Assembly (NCBI RefSeq): GCF_016127575.1
Contig: NZ_CP066018.1
Span: 2,310,001 to 2,342,000, forward strand
Origin: Cupriavidus necator
GTDB taxonomy: Bacteria > Pseudomonadota > Gammaproteobacteria > Burkholderiales > Burkholderiaceae
Direction of reading: 5' to 3'
DNA: 32,000 bases
The position numbers and the translations under genes were made by a program. The notes below the pieces were generated by a model that made no database searches, was not told where the DNA came from, and saw only the letters and a program-made list of their open reading frames with translations. Positions 1-8,119 of the stretch are shown here, one piece after another. Each line of letters starts with the position of its first letter. The stretch's first letter is position 1.

Positions 1-998
1 TACACGCCGTGGCGCACGTCGCGGCCGACCGTGTCGACGATCTCGGCCACGGTCATGTTGTTCATGCCCTTGGCCGTGAACACCAGGTTGCGCGACTGCA
101 TCACCACGCCCATGCCCTCGGCATCGGCCACTTCCTCGCCGATTTGCGCGGCAGTCGGCACCATGGCATCGCGCCGGCCCACCAGCAGCACCAGGTCGTC
201 GGCCTGCAGCACCAGGTCCTGCTTGACGTCCAGCGGCTTGCCGCCACGCTGCACCTTTTCCACGGTGACCAGGTCCTCGCCGCCGATCTCGATCTGCGAC
301 ACGGTCTTGCCGGCCGCGCCCGTCACGCGGAAGATCCGGCCCACCAGGCGCGGCAGGGCGCCGCGCTGGCCCGGCCCGTACTGCGGCAGGCCGCCGCTGA
401 GCTGGGCTTCGATCTTCTTGGCGTCGGTCTTCAGGTCCGACTTCATGAAGCGCGGCAGGATATTCACGCACACGATGATCGCGCCCAGCGAGCCGAACAC
501 ATAGGTCACGGCATAGCCGATCGCCACATTGGCCTGCAGCGTCTTGACCTGGTCGGGCGGCAAGCCCAGCTTGGTGATGGCATCACCCGCAGTGCCGATG
601 ATCGCCGACTGGGTCATGCCGCCGGCGGCCAGGCCAGCGGCCAGGCCCTTGTCGAGGTGGAACAGCCTGGCCAGCACCACCACCGTGACCAGGCCGCACA
701 CCGCCATGAACACCGCCATGGCGATCTCGCGCAGCGAGCTGCGGTTCAGCGAGTTGAAGAACTGCGGACCGCTTTCATAGCCCACCGCGTAGATGAACAC
801 CGCGAACATCACGGCCTTGACGCCGTTGTCGATCTCGACGCCGACCTGGCTGATCACCACCGCGGCGAGCAGCGAGCCAGCCACGCCGCCTAGCTGGAAG
901 CGCCCGAAGGTGATCTTGCCGATGGCGTAGCCGACCGACAGCGCAAGGAACAGCGCCGATTCGGGCGACTTCTGGAAAATCTCATGCAACCATTCCAT
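1..998 (-). CDS. AspT/YidE/YbjL-family transporter (aspartate:alanine antiporter-like); N-terminal ~332 codons, 3' end runs off the window
   Basis: Absent from the ORF track because it is open at the window edge. My reverse-complement translation from ATG 998-996 gives MEWLHEIFQKSPESALFLALSVGYAIGKITFGRFQLGGVAGSLLAAVVISQ... Hydrophobic helices are followed by a soluble TrkA-C-like stretch (VTGAAGKTVSQIEIGGEDLVTVEKVQRGGKPLDV), which is the YidE/YbjL/AspT layout. GGAG lies 6 nt upstream of the ATG. Confidence 0.75.
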   Translation of the reverse strand, partial: MEWLHEIFQKSPESALFLALSVGYAIGKITFGRFQLGGVAGSLLAAVVISQVGVEIDNGVKAVMFAVFIYAVGYESGPQFFNSLNRSSLREIAMAVFMAVCGLVTVVVLARLFHLDKGLAAGLAAGGMTQSAIIGTAGDAITKLGLPPDQVKTLQANVAIGYAVTYVFGSLGAIIVCVNILPRFMKSDLKTDAKKIEAQLSGGLPQYGPGQRGALPRLVGRIFRVTGAAGKTVSQIEIGGEDLVTVEKVQRGGKPLDVKQDLVLQADDLVLLVGRRDAMVPTAAQIGEEVADAEGMGVVMQSRNLVFTAKGMNNMTVAEIVDTVGRDVRHGV

Positions 999-1163
999 CG
1001 AAGGCTCCTGAAGCGAGTGATGCGGGTTGGGTGAGTCGTTGCATCGGATTGCGGGGGTGCGGGAAATTCAGGGCAGGACGGGGCAGCGCAGGACTGCGGG
1101 TGCGGGGCGAGCGGAGGCGGGGCATGTCCATGGCGCGGGGGCGTGTCCTTCGGGCATGAAGGT

Positions 1164-1190
1164 GATCATGGCGATCACGGCAATCACGGT
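1164..1190. repeat. Three imperfect tandem 9-bp units (GATCATGGC GATCACGGC AATCACGGT) in an intergenic region
   Basis: Read directly from the sequence. Located 166-192 bp upstream of the transporter start at 998. Confidence 0.6.
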
Positions 1191-1486
1191 GGCGGCGCGC
1201 ACACCGCAGCTGGCAGGTGCAGCGTTGGCGCCGCGGATCGCGCATGCAGTGGCGCGACCGCATCAACCGCGTTAATGCAGCGTGAGGCATTATCTCCGCC
1301 GGTTTCCGGCCAGCGTAGTGAAAGCTTTTGTCGGCGAATTAAGCGCAGTCAACGCGCCGCGGGCATGGCCGCGCGAGTGTGGAAACGATGTCGGGAGCGG
1401 TGCGCGAGGGAAGTGAAGCGGGGCAGTCGGGAGGGAGGTGCCGCCTCACCCGAACGGGTGCGGCGGCAAGGGCAAATGCGCCGCTG

Positions 1487-2230
1487 TCAGCGCCCGCCGG
1501 CCAGGCGGGCTTCGATATGCTTGGCGCGCTCCAGCGATCCCGGGTGCGAGCTGAGCATGCTCGACTGTCCGCCATCGAGGGTCGACATCTTGCGGAACGC
1601 CGATGCCAGGGCCTGGCGGTTGGCGCCGTTTTTGGTCAGCAGGTCGAACGAATAGTCGTCGGCCGCGGTTTCCTGCCGCTGCGAGAACTGCGCATTGACG
1701 AACTGCTCGGCGAGCGCGCCGATCTGCGACGACGATAGCGCCGTCAGCGAAGCCACGCCAGTCGACCCCAGCAGCCCGCGCGCCGCAGCCGTGGTGTAGG
1801 CCACCTGCATCGCGGCCTTGGTATGGCCCAGCGACACATGGCCGATTTCATGGCCCACCACGCCACGCACTTCATCGTCGCTGAGCAAGTCCATCAGGCC
1901 GCTGTAGACCCGCACGCAACCGTTGGCCATGGCCCAGGCATTGACGTCCTTGGTCACATACACCTTGGCATTGAGTGGCAGCCCGGTGTTGCCCAGCCCG
2001 CTCATCACATTGGCCAGGCGCTTGGCGTAGGTGCTGTCCGCCGGTGCGATGGTGTTCTTCTGGTCCATTTCCGCGCAGGACTGGTCGGACAGCATCTTGA
2101 CGTTGCTGTCCGACAGCGTCGCGGCGGTAAAGAGGCTGCCGCCGGCCTGCGTCAGGCTTTCCATATTGGCGCCGGCACAGCCGGCCAGCAGCGCGGAACA
2201 GGCGAGGGCGGAAAGGGCGAGTCGCTTCAT
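1487..2230 (-). CDS. M48-family zinc metallopeptidase, outer-membrane/periplasmic lipoprotein type (YcaL/LoiP-like), 247 aa
   Basis: Internal start of track ORF 1487..2503 at MKRLALSALACSALLAGCAG, a signal peptide with lipobox LAGC. Carries the HEIGH zinc motif (VVGHEIGHVSLGH). The longer track ORF would run through the tRNA gene, so the ATG at 2230 was chosen. Confidence 0.85.
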   Translation of the reverse strand: MKRLALSALACSALLAGCAGANMESLTQAGGSLFTAATLSDSNVKMLSDQSCAEMDQKNTIAPADSTYAKRLANVMSGLGNTGLPLNAKVYVTKDVNAWAMANGCVRVYSGLMDLLSDDEVRGVVGHEIGHVSLGHTKAAMQVAYTTAAARGLLGSTGVASLTALSSSQIGALAEQFVNAQFSQRQETAADDYSFDLLTKNGANRQALASAFRKMSTLDGGQSSMLSSHPGSLERAKHIEARLAGGR

Positions 2231-2424
2231 GGTTCGCTCCGGGAAAGGGGGTTGGCAATGCCATAGGATAGGTAGCCGGGCGAGGGCGCGCCAGTGGGCG
2301 CCGTCCGACAGGCGCTCAGGCAAAGTGGCTGGCGGGGCACGTCCGAGGCCAGGAGGCGTGCGCCGACCCGCGGCCGAGATGGCACCACGGAGGCAATGCT
2401 GGGAACTAGTCGGGAAGAAGCCGA

Positions 2425-2509
2425 TGGTGCCCGGGGTCGGACTCGAACCGACACGCCTTGCGGCGGGGGATTTTGAGTCCCCTGCGTCTACCTGTTTCAC
2501 CACCCGGGC
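2425..2509 (-). tRNA. tRNA-Leu, anticodon CAA, 85 nt, class II with long variable arm, CCA encoded
   Basis: The reverse complement folds by hand into a cloverleaf: acceptor GCCCGGG/CCCGGGC, anticodon stem GGGGA/TCCCC with loop CTCAAAA, variable arm CGCC-GCAA-GGCG, T arm GTCGG-TTCGAGT-CCGAC, then ACCA. Confidence 0.93.
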
Positions 2510-2550
2510 AGGGTGTATGGCGCCGGAACCGGCACCGTGCTGAGCCGGGA

Positions 2551-2579
2551 ATTATGCCGGAAATCCCGTCGTCGGACAA
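2551..2579 (-). promoter_or_regulatory. Candidate sigma70 promoter for tRNA-Leu (TTGTCC-N17-CATAAT on the minus strand)
   Basis: The hexamers read from the reverse complement have a 17-nt spacer. The -10 element lies about 40 nt upstream of the mature tRNA 5' end. Confidence 0.35.
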
Positions 2580-2658
2580 CCAGTGCGCGGCTGCGCAAAT
2601 CCGGTAGCATGGCGCCCAGCCTCTCACTCGCCCATCGTCCCGACCACCCCCGACTGCC

Positions 2659-3579
2659 ATGACCGACCAAGCTTCGCTGGCGCGCCTCGCCAGCCTGCCT
2701 TCGCAGGACCCCGGCTTCTATGACCGGGAATACAACAACCGCGCCAATGTGCCGGACAACGCCGTGCATATGGCGCGCTGGGCGCAGTGGTCCGCCGGGG
2801 TGCGCGCACGCGGCGCTTATCTGGCGGACCTGAGCTATGCCGGCGAGGACTCGCGCCATGCGCAGGACGAGACGCTGGACTACTTCCCCGCGCAGCGGGC
2901 CAACGGGGCGCTGCCGCCGCTGCTGGTCTTCGTGCACGGCGGCTACTACCGGGCGCTGGACAAGCACGACCACAGCTTTGTTGCCAGCGCGCTGCCGGCG
3001 CTGGGGGTGTCGGTGGCGGTGGTGAACTACACGCTGGTGCCTGCGGTGACGGTGCCGGAGATCGTGCGGCAGGTGTTGCACAGCGTCGCCTGGCTGTACC
3101 GGCAGGCGGACCGGCTGGGCCATGATCCGGACAAGCTCTTCCTGGCCGGGCATTCCGTCGGCGGCCACCTGGTGGCGATGCTGATGGCCGCGCGCTGGCC
3201 GCAGCTGGGCGCGGAGCTGCCGGCCGACCTGGTCAAGGGCGGGCTCTCGGTCAGCGGGCTGTACGACATGGAGCCGCTGCGGCGCGCTGCCTTCCTGCAG
3301 CGCGACCTGCGGTTCTCGGAAGACGATGTCGCGCGGCTGTCGCCCGCGTACATGCCGCCGGCCAGCGGTGCCCCGCTGGCGATCGCGGTGGGGGAACTCG
3401 AGGCCGCCGAATACCACCGCCAGCACGCGCTGATCCGCGCGGCGTGGCCGGCCAAGGTGGCGCATCCGGCCGCAAGCGACCTGGTGCTGCCGGACTGCCA
3501 TCACTTCAACGTGCTGGACGGCTTTGCCAGCCCGGACGGTGCCCTGACGCGCGCGGTGCTGCGGCTGATGGAGCGCTGA
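2659..3579 (+). CDS. Alpha/beta-fold hydrolase (esterase/arylformamidase-like), 306 aa
   Basis: HGG oxyanion motif (LVFVHGGYY), nucleophile elbow GHSVGG and a C-terminal His (DCHHFNVLD). Confidence 0.75.
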   Translation: MTDQASLARLASLPSQDPGFYDREYNNRANVPDNAVHMARWAQWSAGVRARGAYLADLSYAGEDSRHAQDETLDYFPAQRANGALPPLLVFVHGGYYRALDKHDHSFVASALPALGVSVAVVNYTLVPAVTVPEIVRQVLHSVAWLYRQADRLGHDPDKLFLAGHSVGGHLVAMLMAARWPQLGAELPADLVKGGLSVSGLYDMEPLRRAAFLQRDLRFSEDDVARLSPAYMPPASGAPLAIAVGELEAAEYHRQHALIRAAWPAKVAHPAASDLVLPDCHHFNVLDGFASPDGALTRAVLRLMER

Positions 3580-3601
3580 GCGCGCACCGGGCGCGAGGGC
3601 G

Positions 3602-4483
3602 TCAGCCCTCCAGCACGCGCAGCAGCGACGAGGTGTCGTCCTTGCCCCAGCCGTTGGCCATCAGCGTGCGCAGCTGCGCCGAGGTGGCCTGCATCGCGGG
3701 CAGGTCCAGGCCGATTTCTTCGGCGATATCGCGCGCCAGCCCGAAGTCCTTGTCGTGCAGCCGCGCCTCGATGCCGGCGGCAAAGTTGCGCGCCACCATC
3801 TTGGGGCCCATCAGGTCGAGCATGCGGCTGCCGGCCATGCCGGTCGCCATGGCTTCGAACACGCGGCCGGTGTCGACGTTCTGCGCGGCGGCAAAACGCA
3901 TGGCCTCGGCAATGCCTTCGATATTGACCACCTGCGCGATCTGGTTGCACAGCTTGGCAACCTGGCCCGCGCCGTGGTCGCCGATATGGGTGATGGTCTT
4001 GCCCAGCTGCTGCAGCAGCGGGCGTACGCGCTCGAGCATCTCGGGCTTGCCGCCGACCATGATGGTCAGCGTGCCCGCCTCGGCGCCCATGGTGCCGCCC
4101 GAGACCGGGCAGTCCAGCGCCTCGATGCCGCGCGCGGCCAGCGCCGCGGCGATCTCGCGCGTGACGATCGGCGAGATGGTGCTGTGGTCCACGCAGATGG
4201 TGCCCGGCGCGGCGCCGTGGATCACGCCCTGCTCGCCCAGCAGCACTTCGCGCACGTCTTCGGACGAGGTCACGTTGGTGAAGACGACGCTGGCGCCGCG
4301 CGCCGCTTCAGCCGGAGTGAAGAAGGGCTCCGCCCCCAGCGCGCGCGCGGCCTCGGCCGCTTCCGGGCGACGCACGAAGGCGCGCACGGTGTGGCCGGCG
4401 GCCAGCAGGTGGCGGACCATGTGCGAGCCCATGGCGCCCAGGCCGATGAAGGCGACGGTGGTGGGGGTGAGAGTGGTGCTCAT
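3602..4483 (-). CDS. NAD(P)-dependent beta-hydroxyacid dehydrogenase (3-hydroxyisobutyrate / tartronate-semialdehyde reductase family), 293 aa
   Basis: N-terminal Rossmann motif VAFIGLGAMGSHM and the family pattern ...DCPVSGG...GAGQVAKLCNQ... Start set at MSTTL (4483), preceded by AGGAAG, rather than the track start at 4528. Confidence 0.85.
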   Translation of the reverse strand: MSTTLTPTTVAFIGLGAMGSHMVRHLLAAGHTVRAFVRRPEAAEAARALGAEPFFTPAEAARGASVVFTNVTSSEDVREVLLGEQGVIHGAAPGTICVDHSTISPIVTREIAAALAARGIEALDCPVSGGTMGAEAGTLTIMVGGKPEMLERVRPLLQQLGKTITHIGDHGAGQVAKLCNQIAQVVNIEGIAEAMRFAAAQNVDTGRVFEAMATGMAGSRMLDLMGPKMVARNFAAGIEARLHDKDFGLARDIAEEIGLDLPAMQATSAQLRTLMANGWGKDDTSSLLRVLEG

Positions 4484-4511
4484 GCCATGCTTCCTTTCTT
4501 GATGCGGCGGG

Positions 4512-5678
4512 CTACTTATCGCCCGCATAGGCGAACTTGCCGTTGCGGATCACCCCCATCACGCGCGAACGCTGGTCGAAGCCCTGGTGGTCCTTCGGGT
4601 TCAGGTTCATCACGCCGTTGGGGATGGTGAGGTTGGTGGTGGCTTCCAGCGCGTCGCGCATGGCGGCGCGGAAGTCGCGCGTGCCGGGCTGGGCGCCGGT
4701 CTTCAGCGCGCGGCGGGCGGCGTCGTCCAGCAGCATCCACGCGCCCCAGGCGTCGCCGGCAAACTGCGTGACGCTGTCGGCGCCGTACTTGCTTTCGTAG
4801 CGGTTGACGAAGTCCAGCGCCACCTTGCGCACCGGGTGGCTCTCGGGCAGCTGGCGCGCGACCACCACCGGCCCGGTCGGGAACAGCGTGCCTTCCACAT
4901 CCTTGCCGCCCATGCGCAGGAAGTCCCAGGTGGCGATGCCGTGGGTCTGGTAGACCTTGCCCTTGTAGCCGCGCTCGCCCAGCGTCTTCTGCGGCAGTAC
5001 GGACGGCGTGCCGGCGCCGGCGATCAGGATCGCGTCCGGGTTTGCCGCCATCAGCTTGAGCACCTGCCCGGTCACCGAGGTGTCGTTGCGCGAGAAGCGC
5101 TCGTTGGCGACCACCTTGATCTTGCGCACCTCGGCCAGCTTCGAGAACTCGCGCCACCAGCTCTCGCCGTAGGCGTCGGCAAAGCCGATAAAGCCGACGG
5201 TCCTGACGCCGTGGTTGCTCATGTACTCGGTCAGCACGGTCGCCATGTGCGAGTCGTTCTGCGGCATCTTGAAGGCCCAGCGGCGCTTGGCGTCGGTCTG
5301 CGGCTCGACGATGGAGGCCGAGGCGGCCAGTGCCACCATCGGGGTTTCGCCCTCGGCCACGGCGTCGAGCGCGGCGATGGCGGTAGGGGTGATGTTGGGG
5401 CCGACGATCACGTCGACCTTTTCCTCGGAGATCAGCTTGCGCACGTTGCGCACCGCCGCGGCCGGGTCGGTGCCGTCGTCAAGGATGACGTAGTGCGCCT
5501 TCTGGCCGCCCAGGGTCTGGGGCCACATCAACACGGTGTTCTTGGAGGGGATGCCGATCGAGGCCGCCGGACCGGTGGTGGACACATCGATGCCGACACG
5601 GATGTCGGCATGCGCGGCGGCGCTGGTGAAGAGCAGGGCGCCGGCCAGCAGCAGGGGGCGCAGGGGCATTGTCAGCAT
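4512..5678 (-). CDS. Periplasmic ABC-transporter substrate-binding protein, LivJ/LivK-like (branched-chain amino acid type), 388 aa
   Basis: Signal peptide MLTMPLRPLLLAGALLFTSAAAHA and type-I periplasmic binding protein pattern (IRVGIDVSTTGPAASIG...). Lies 28 nt upstream of the dehydrogenase on the same strand. Confidence 0.8.
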   Translation of the reverse strand: MLTMPLRPLLLAGALLFTSAAAHADIRVGIDVSTTGPAASIGIPSKNTVLMWPQTLGGQKAHYVILDDGTDPAAAVRNVRKLISEEKVDVIVGPNITPTAIAALDAVAEGETPMVALAASASIVEPQTDAKRRWAFKMPQNDSHMATVLTEYMSNHGVRTVGFIGFADAYGESWWREFSKLAEVRKIKVVANERFSRNDTSVTGQVLKLMAANPDAILIAGAGTPSVLPQKTLGERGYKGKVYQTHGIATWDFLRMGGKDVEGTLFPTGPVVVARQLPESHPVRKVALDFVNRYESKYGADSVTQFAGDAWGAWMLLDDAARRALKTGAQPGTRDFRAAMRDALEATTNLTIPNGVMNLNPKDHQGFDQRSRVMGVIRNGKFAYAGDK

Positions 5679-5763
5679 GGTCTCCTCCGTTCTTATATGT
5701 GACGGGAAGGATAGCCGAACTCGGCCGCCGGGGCACGCCTGCGCCCCGCCGCGGCCGTGCCGG

Positions 5764-6927
5764 TCAGCGCACGCCCAGGCGCCAGAGCGTGGTCACCTCG
5801 GCGGAACGCGCCGCGTGCAGCGGGTCGGCAGCATCCGTCGCGCGCGGGTGGCGCGGGCGGATATCGGAACGGCCCAGCACCTTCAGCCCGGCGGCGTCGA
5901 TCCAGCCCATCAGTTCCTCGCGCGGGCGCAGGCCGAGATGCTCGGCCAGGTCCGACAGCAGCAGCCAGCCTTCGCCGCCCGGCGCCAGATGCTCGGCCAG
6001 CCCCTGCAGGAAGCCGCGCAGCATGGCGCTGTCAGGGTCGTAGACCGCGCGCTCGACCGGCGAGCTGGGCCGGGCCGGCACCCAGGGCGGGTTGCACACC
6101 ACCAGCGGCGCCCGGCCTTCGGGGAACAGGTCGGCCTGCACGATTTCGACCTCCCCGGCGTAGCCAAGCTGCGCGATGTTCTCGCGCGCGCAGGCCAGCG
6201 CGCGCGGGTCCTGGTCAGTGGCGACCACGCGCTGCACGCCGCGGCGGGCCAGCACCGCGGCCAGCACGCCGGTGCCGGTGCCGATATCGAAGGCGAGGGT
6301 CTTGGCCGGCAGCGGCTCGGTCGCGACCAGGTCGACATACTCGCCGCGCACCGGCGAGAACACGCCGTACCAGGGGTGGATGCGGTCTTCCAGCGCCGGG
6401 ATCTCCACGCCCTTCTTGCGCCATTCATAGGCGCCGATCATGCCCAGCAACTCGCGCATCGACGCCACGTAGGGCTCGCTGGCCGGGCCGTAGACCTGTT
6501 CGCAGGCGTCGCGCACATCCGGCGCGCGGCGCAGCGGCACCTCGTGGCTGGCCTCGAACGGCAGCAGCAGCATGCCCAGCGTGCGGGCGCGCTGCGACTG
6601 GGCCAGCCGGTGCAGGTTGAAGGCCTCGATTGGCGAAGCGGCCCCGCCCTTGGCCTTGTCCCTGGCTTTCTGGCCGGGGCGGCTGGCCTTCTTGGGCTTG
6701 CGCTCGGTGCGGCGGGCCAGCGCGTGCAGCAGCTGGCGCGCGTTCTGGAAGTCGCCGCGCCACAGCAGCGCGGTGCCCTCGCAGGCCAGGCGGTAGGCGG
6801 TGTCGGCGCTGGTGGTGTCGTCGGCGATGATCACGCGGCGCGGCGGCGGCAGGCCGGCTTCAGAGCGCCAGGCGGCGCTGCGCTCGATGCCGTCCTCGGT
6901 CCAGTGAATGCGGGGCAGGTCGCTCAC
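5764..6927 (-). CDS. Class I SAM-dependent methyltransferase with NPPW motif and a ~170-aa N-terminal extension, 387 aa
   Basis: SAM-binding motif I (AFDIGTGTGVLA) and motif IV (VVCNPPWVP), typical of amino-group (N6-adenine / N5-glutamine / m2G) methyltransferases. The N-terminal domain contains a Lys/Arg-rich linker, RRTERKPKKASRPGQKARDKAKG. Confidence 0.75.
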   Translation of the reverse strand: MSDLPRIHWTEDGIERSAAWRSEAGLPPPRRVIIADDTTSADTAYRLACEGTALLWRGDFQNARQLLHALARRTERKPKKASRPGQKARDKAKGGAASPIEAFNLHRLAQSQRARTLGMLLLPFEASHEVPLRRAPDVRDACEQVYGPASEPYVASMRELLGMIGAYEWRKKGVEIPALEDRIHPWYGVFSPVRGEYVDLVATEPLPAKTLAFDIGTGTGVLAAVLARRGVQRVVATDQDPRALACARENIAQLGYAGEVEIVQADLFPEGRAPLVVCNPPWVPARPSSPVERAVYDPDSAMLRGFLQGLAEHLAPGGEGWLLLSDLAEHLGLRPREELMGWIDAAGLKVLGRSDIRPRHPRATDAADPLHAARSAEVTTLWRLGVR

Positions 6928-7011
6928 AGGGCCTCCGGCCGGCAGGGCGTGATGGGCAGCAGATGCATGGTTGGGTTTGCTTTTTATATAGGGAGAGGCG
7001 GCGGGCCGTCC

Positions 7012-7953
7012 TCAGAGTTCGTAGGCTTCGTGTTCGCCGGACATGGCCTGCTCAACCAGCTTGCGGTTGAGCGTCGGCGAGAACAGCTCGATGAAGGTGT
7101 AGACAAAGCTGCGCAGGTAGGCACCCTGCTTGACGGCCAGGTGCGTCACGTTGCTGCCAAACAGGTGGCCGGCCGAGATGCCGCGCAGGTTGCGGTCGCG
7201 CTCGGCATCATAGGCGACGCCGGCGACGATGCCCACGCCCAGCCCGATCTCCACGTACGTCTTGATCACGTCCGCGTCGATGGCCTCCAGCACGATGTCC
7301 GGCTCCAGGTGGCGCAGCGCGAAGGCCTTGTCGATCTTGGTCCGGCCGGCAAAGTTGGCATCGTAGGTGATCAGCGGGTAGCCCATCAGGTCTTCCAGCG
7401 CCAGGTGCTTCTTGTCCAGCAGCGGATGCTCGGGTGGCGTAATCACCATATGGGTCCACTGGTAGCCCGGCAGCGACACGAGGTTCTTGTCGGCGGAGAT
7501 GCCTTCGGTCGCGATGCCGATATCGGCCTGGTCGTGCAGCAGCATGTCGGCGATCTGCGCCGGGTTGCCCTGCTGGATCGACAGCCGCACCTTGGGGTAG
7601 CGCTTGGTGAACTCGCTGATCACCCGCGGCAGGGCGTAGCGCGCCTGGGTGTGGGTGGTGGCGATGGTGAAGTTGCCCTGATCCTGTGCCGCATAGTCCA
7701 TACCGACGCGCTTCAGGCTTTCCACCTCCTGCAGGATCTTCTCGACCGAGCTCAGGATGCGGCGGCCGGGCTCGGTCAGGCTGCGGATGCGCTTGCCGTG
7801 GCGGGTAAAGATATCTACGCCCAGCTCTTCTTCCAGCTCGATGATGGCCTTGGACACGCCGGGTTGTGACGTGTAGAGCGCTTTGGCGGCCTCAGTCAGG
7901 TTGTAGTTCTGCCGGACGGCCTCACGCACGAAGCGAAACTGGTGCAGGTTCAT
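7012..7953 (-). CDS. cysB: LysR-family transcriptional regulator of the CysB/Cbl type, 313 aa
   Basis: N-terminus MNLHQFRFVREAVRQNYNLTEAAKALYTSQPGVSKAIIELEEELGV is the characteristic CysB wHTH. It is divergent from the sulfate-assimilation operon. Confidence 0.88.
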   Translation of the reverse strand: MNLHQFRFVREAVRQNYNLTEAAKALYTSQPGVSKAIIELEEELGVDIFTRHGKRIRSLTEPGRRILSSVEKILQEVESLKRVGMDYAAQDQGNFTIATTHTQARYALPRVISEFTKRYPKVRLSIQQGNPAQIADMLLHDQADIGIATEGISADKNLVSLPGYQWTHMVITPPEHPLLDKKHLALEDLMGYPLITYDANFAGRTKIDKAFALRHLEPDIVLEAIDADVIKTYVEIGLGVGIVAGVAYDAERDRNLRGISAGHLFGSNVTHLAVKQGAYLRSFVYTFIELFSPTLNRKLVEQAMSGEHEAYEL

Positions 7954-8119
7954 ATATCTGGGTTCGTATAAACAAACAACTTCTTATTAGTTTGAGGTAT
8001 GAGGCCAGTTTATTACGATTCTCGAACTTTGTTAATTAATGGCCAGCCCTCAGTGCGTCCTCTCGCAGCAGCCACTTTGTGATGCGAGACCCACGGGCCA
8101 GGTTCCCACCGAGTCCCCC
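7954..8119. promoter_or_regulatory. Divergent cysB / cys-operon control region, strikingly AT-rich relative to its surroundings
   Basis: A 166-bp gap between divergent starts holds AT-rich tracts (TATAAACAAACAACTTCTTATTAGTTTGAGG...TTTATTACGATT...TTGTTAATTAAT). CysB-type operators are AT-rich. No individual site was assigned. Confidence 0.45.

Noticed and set aside
999-1486. Track ORFs 982-1290 (-), 1027-1275 (+), 1143-1655 (+) and 1339-1575 (-) in the gap between the transporter and the M48 lipoprotein gene.
   Set aside because: Their translations are Arg-rich and motif-free, they overlap each other in several frames, and none has a ribosome-binding site. The region is best treated as the promoter/5' region of the transporter plus the 3' region of the peptidase gene.
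1487-2503. N-terminally extended versions of real genes offered by the ORF track. Examples: 1487-2503, 24387-26036, 11135-12979, 19815-20591, 20694-22487, 10489-11202 and 29705-30751.
   Set aside because: The extensions run through the tRNA gene or through the preceding conserved gene, and they lack family-like sequence. Internal starts with Shine-Dalgarno sequences and canonical N-termini (signal peptides, HTH, PP-loop) were used instead.
2425-2509. tRNA-Leu(CAA) as a possible integration site for a genomic island.
   Set aside because: No integrase, excisionase or phage or IS gene flanks it. The neighbours are ordinary metabolic genes with the same GC-rich character. Reading the window, I did not see a direct repeat of the tRNA 3' end, though I could not do an exhaustive computational repeat search.
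5715-5760. A GC-rich hairpin (CGGGGC-ACGCCTGC-GCCCCG with flanking GGCCGC/GCGGCC) just downstream of the methyltransferase stop, considered as a possible terminator.
   Set aside because: There is no U-tract in the transcribed (minus) orientation, and such GC palindromes are frequent in this DNA. The evidence is insufficient to call a terminator.
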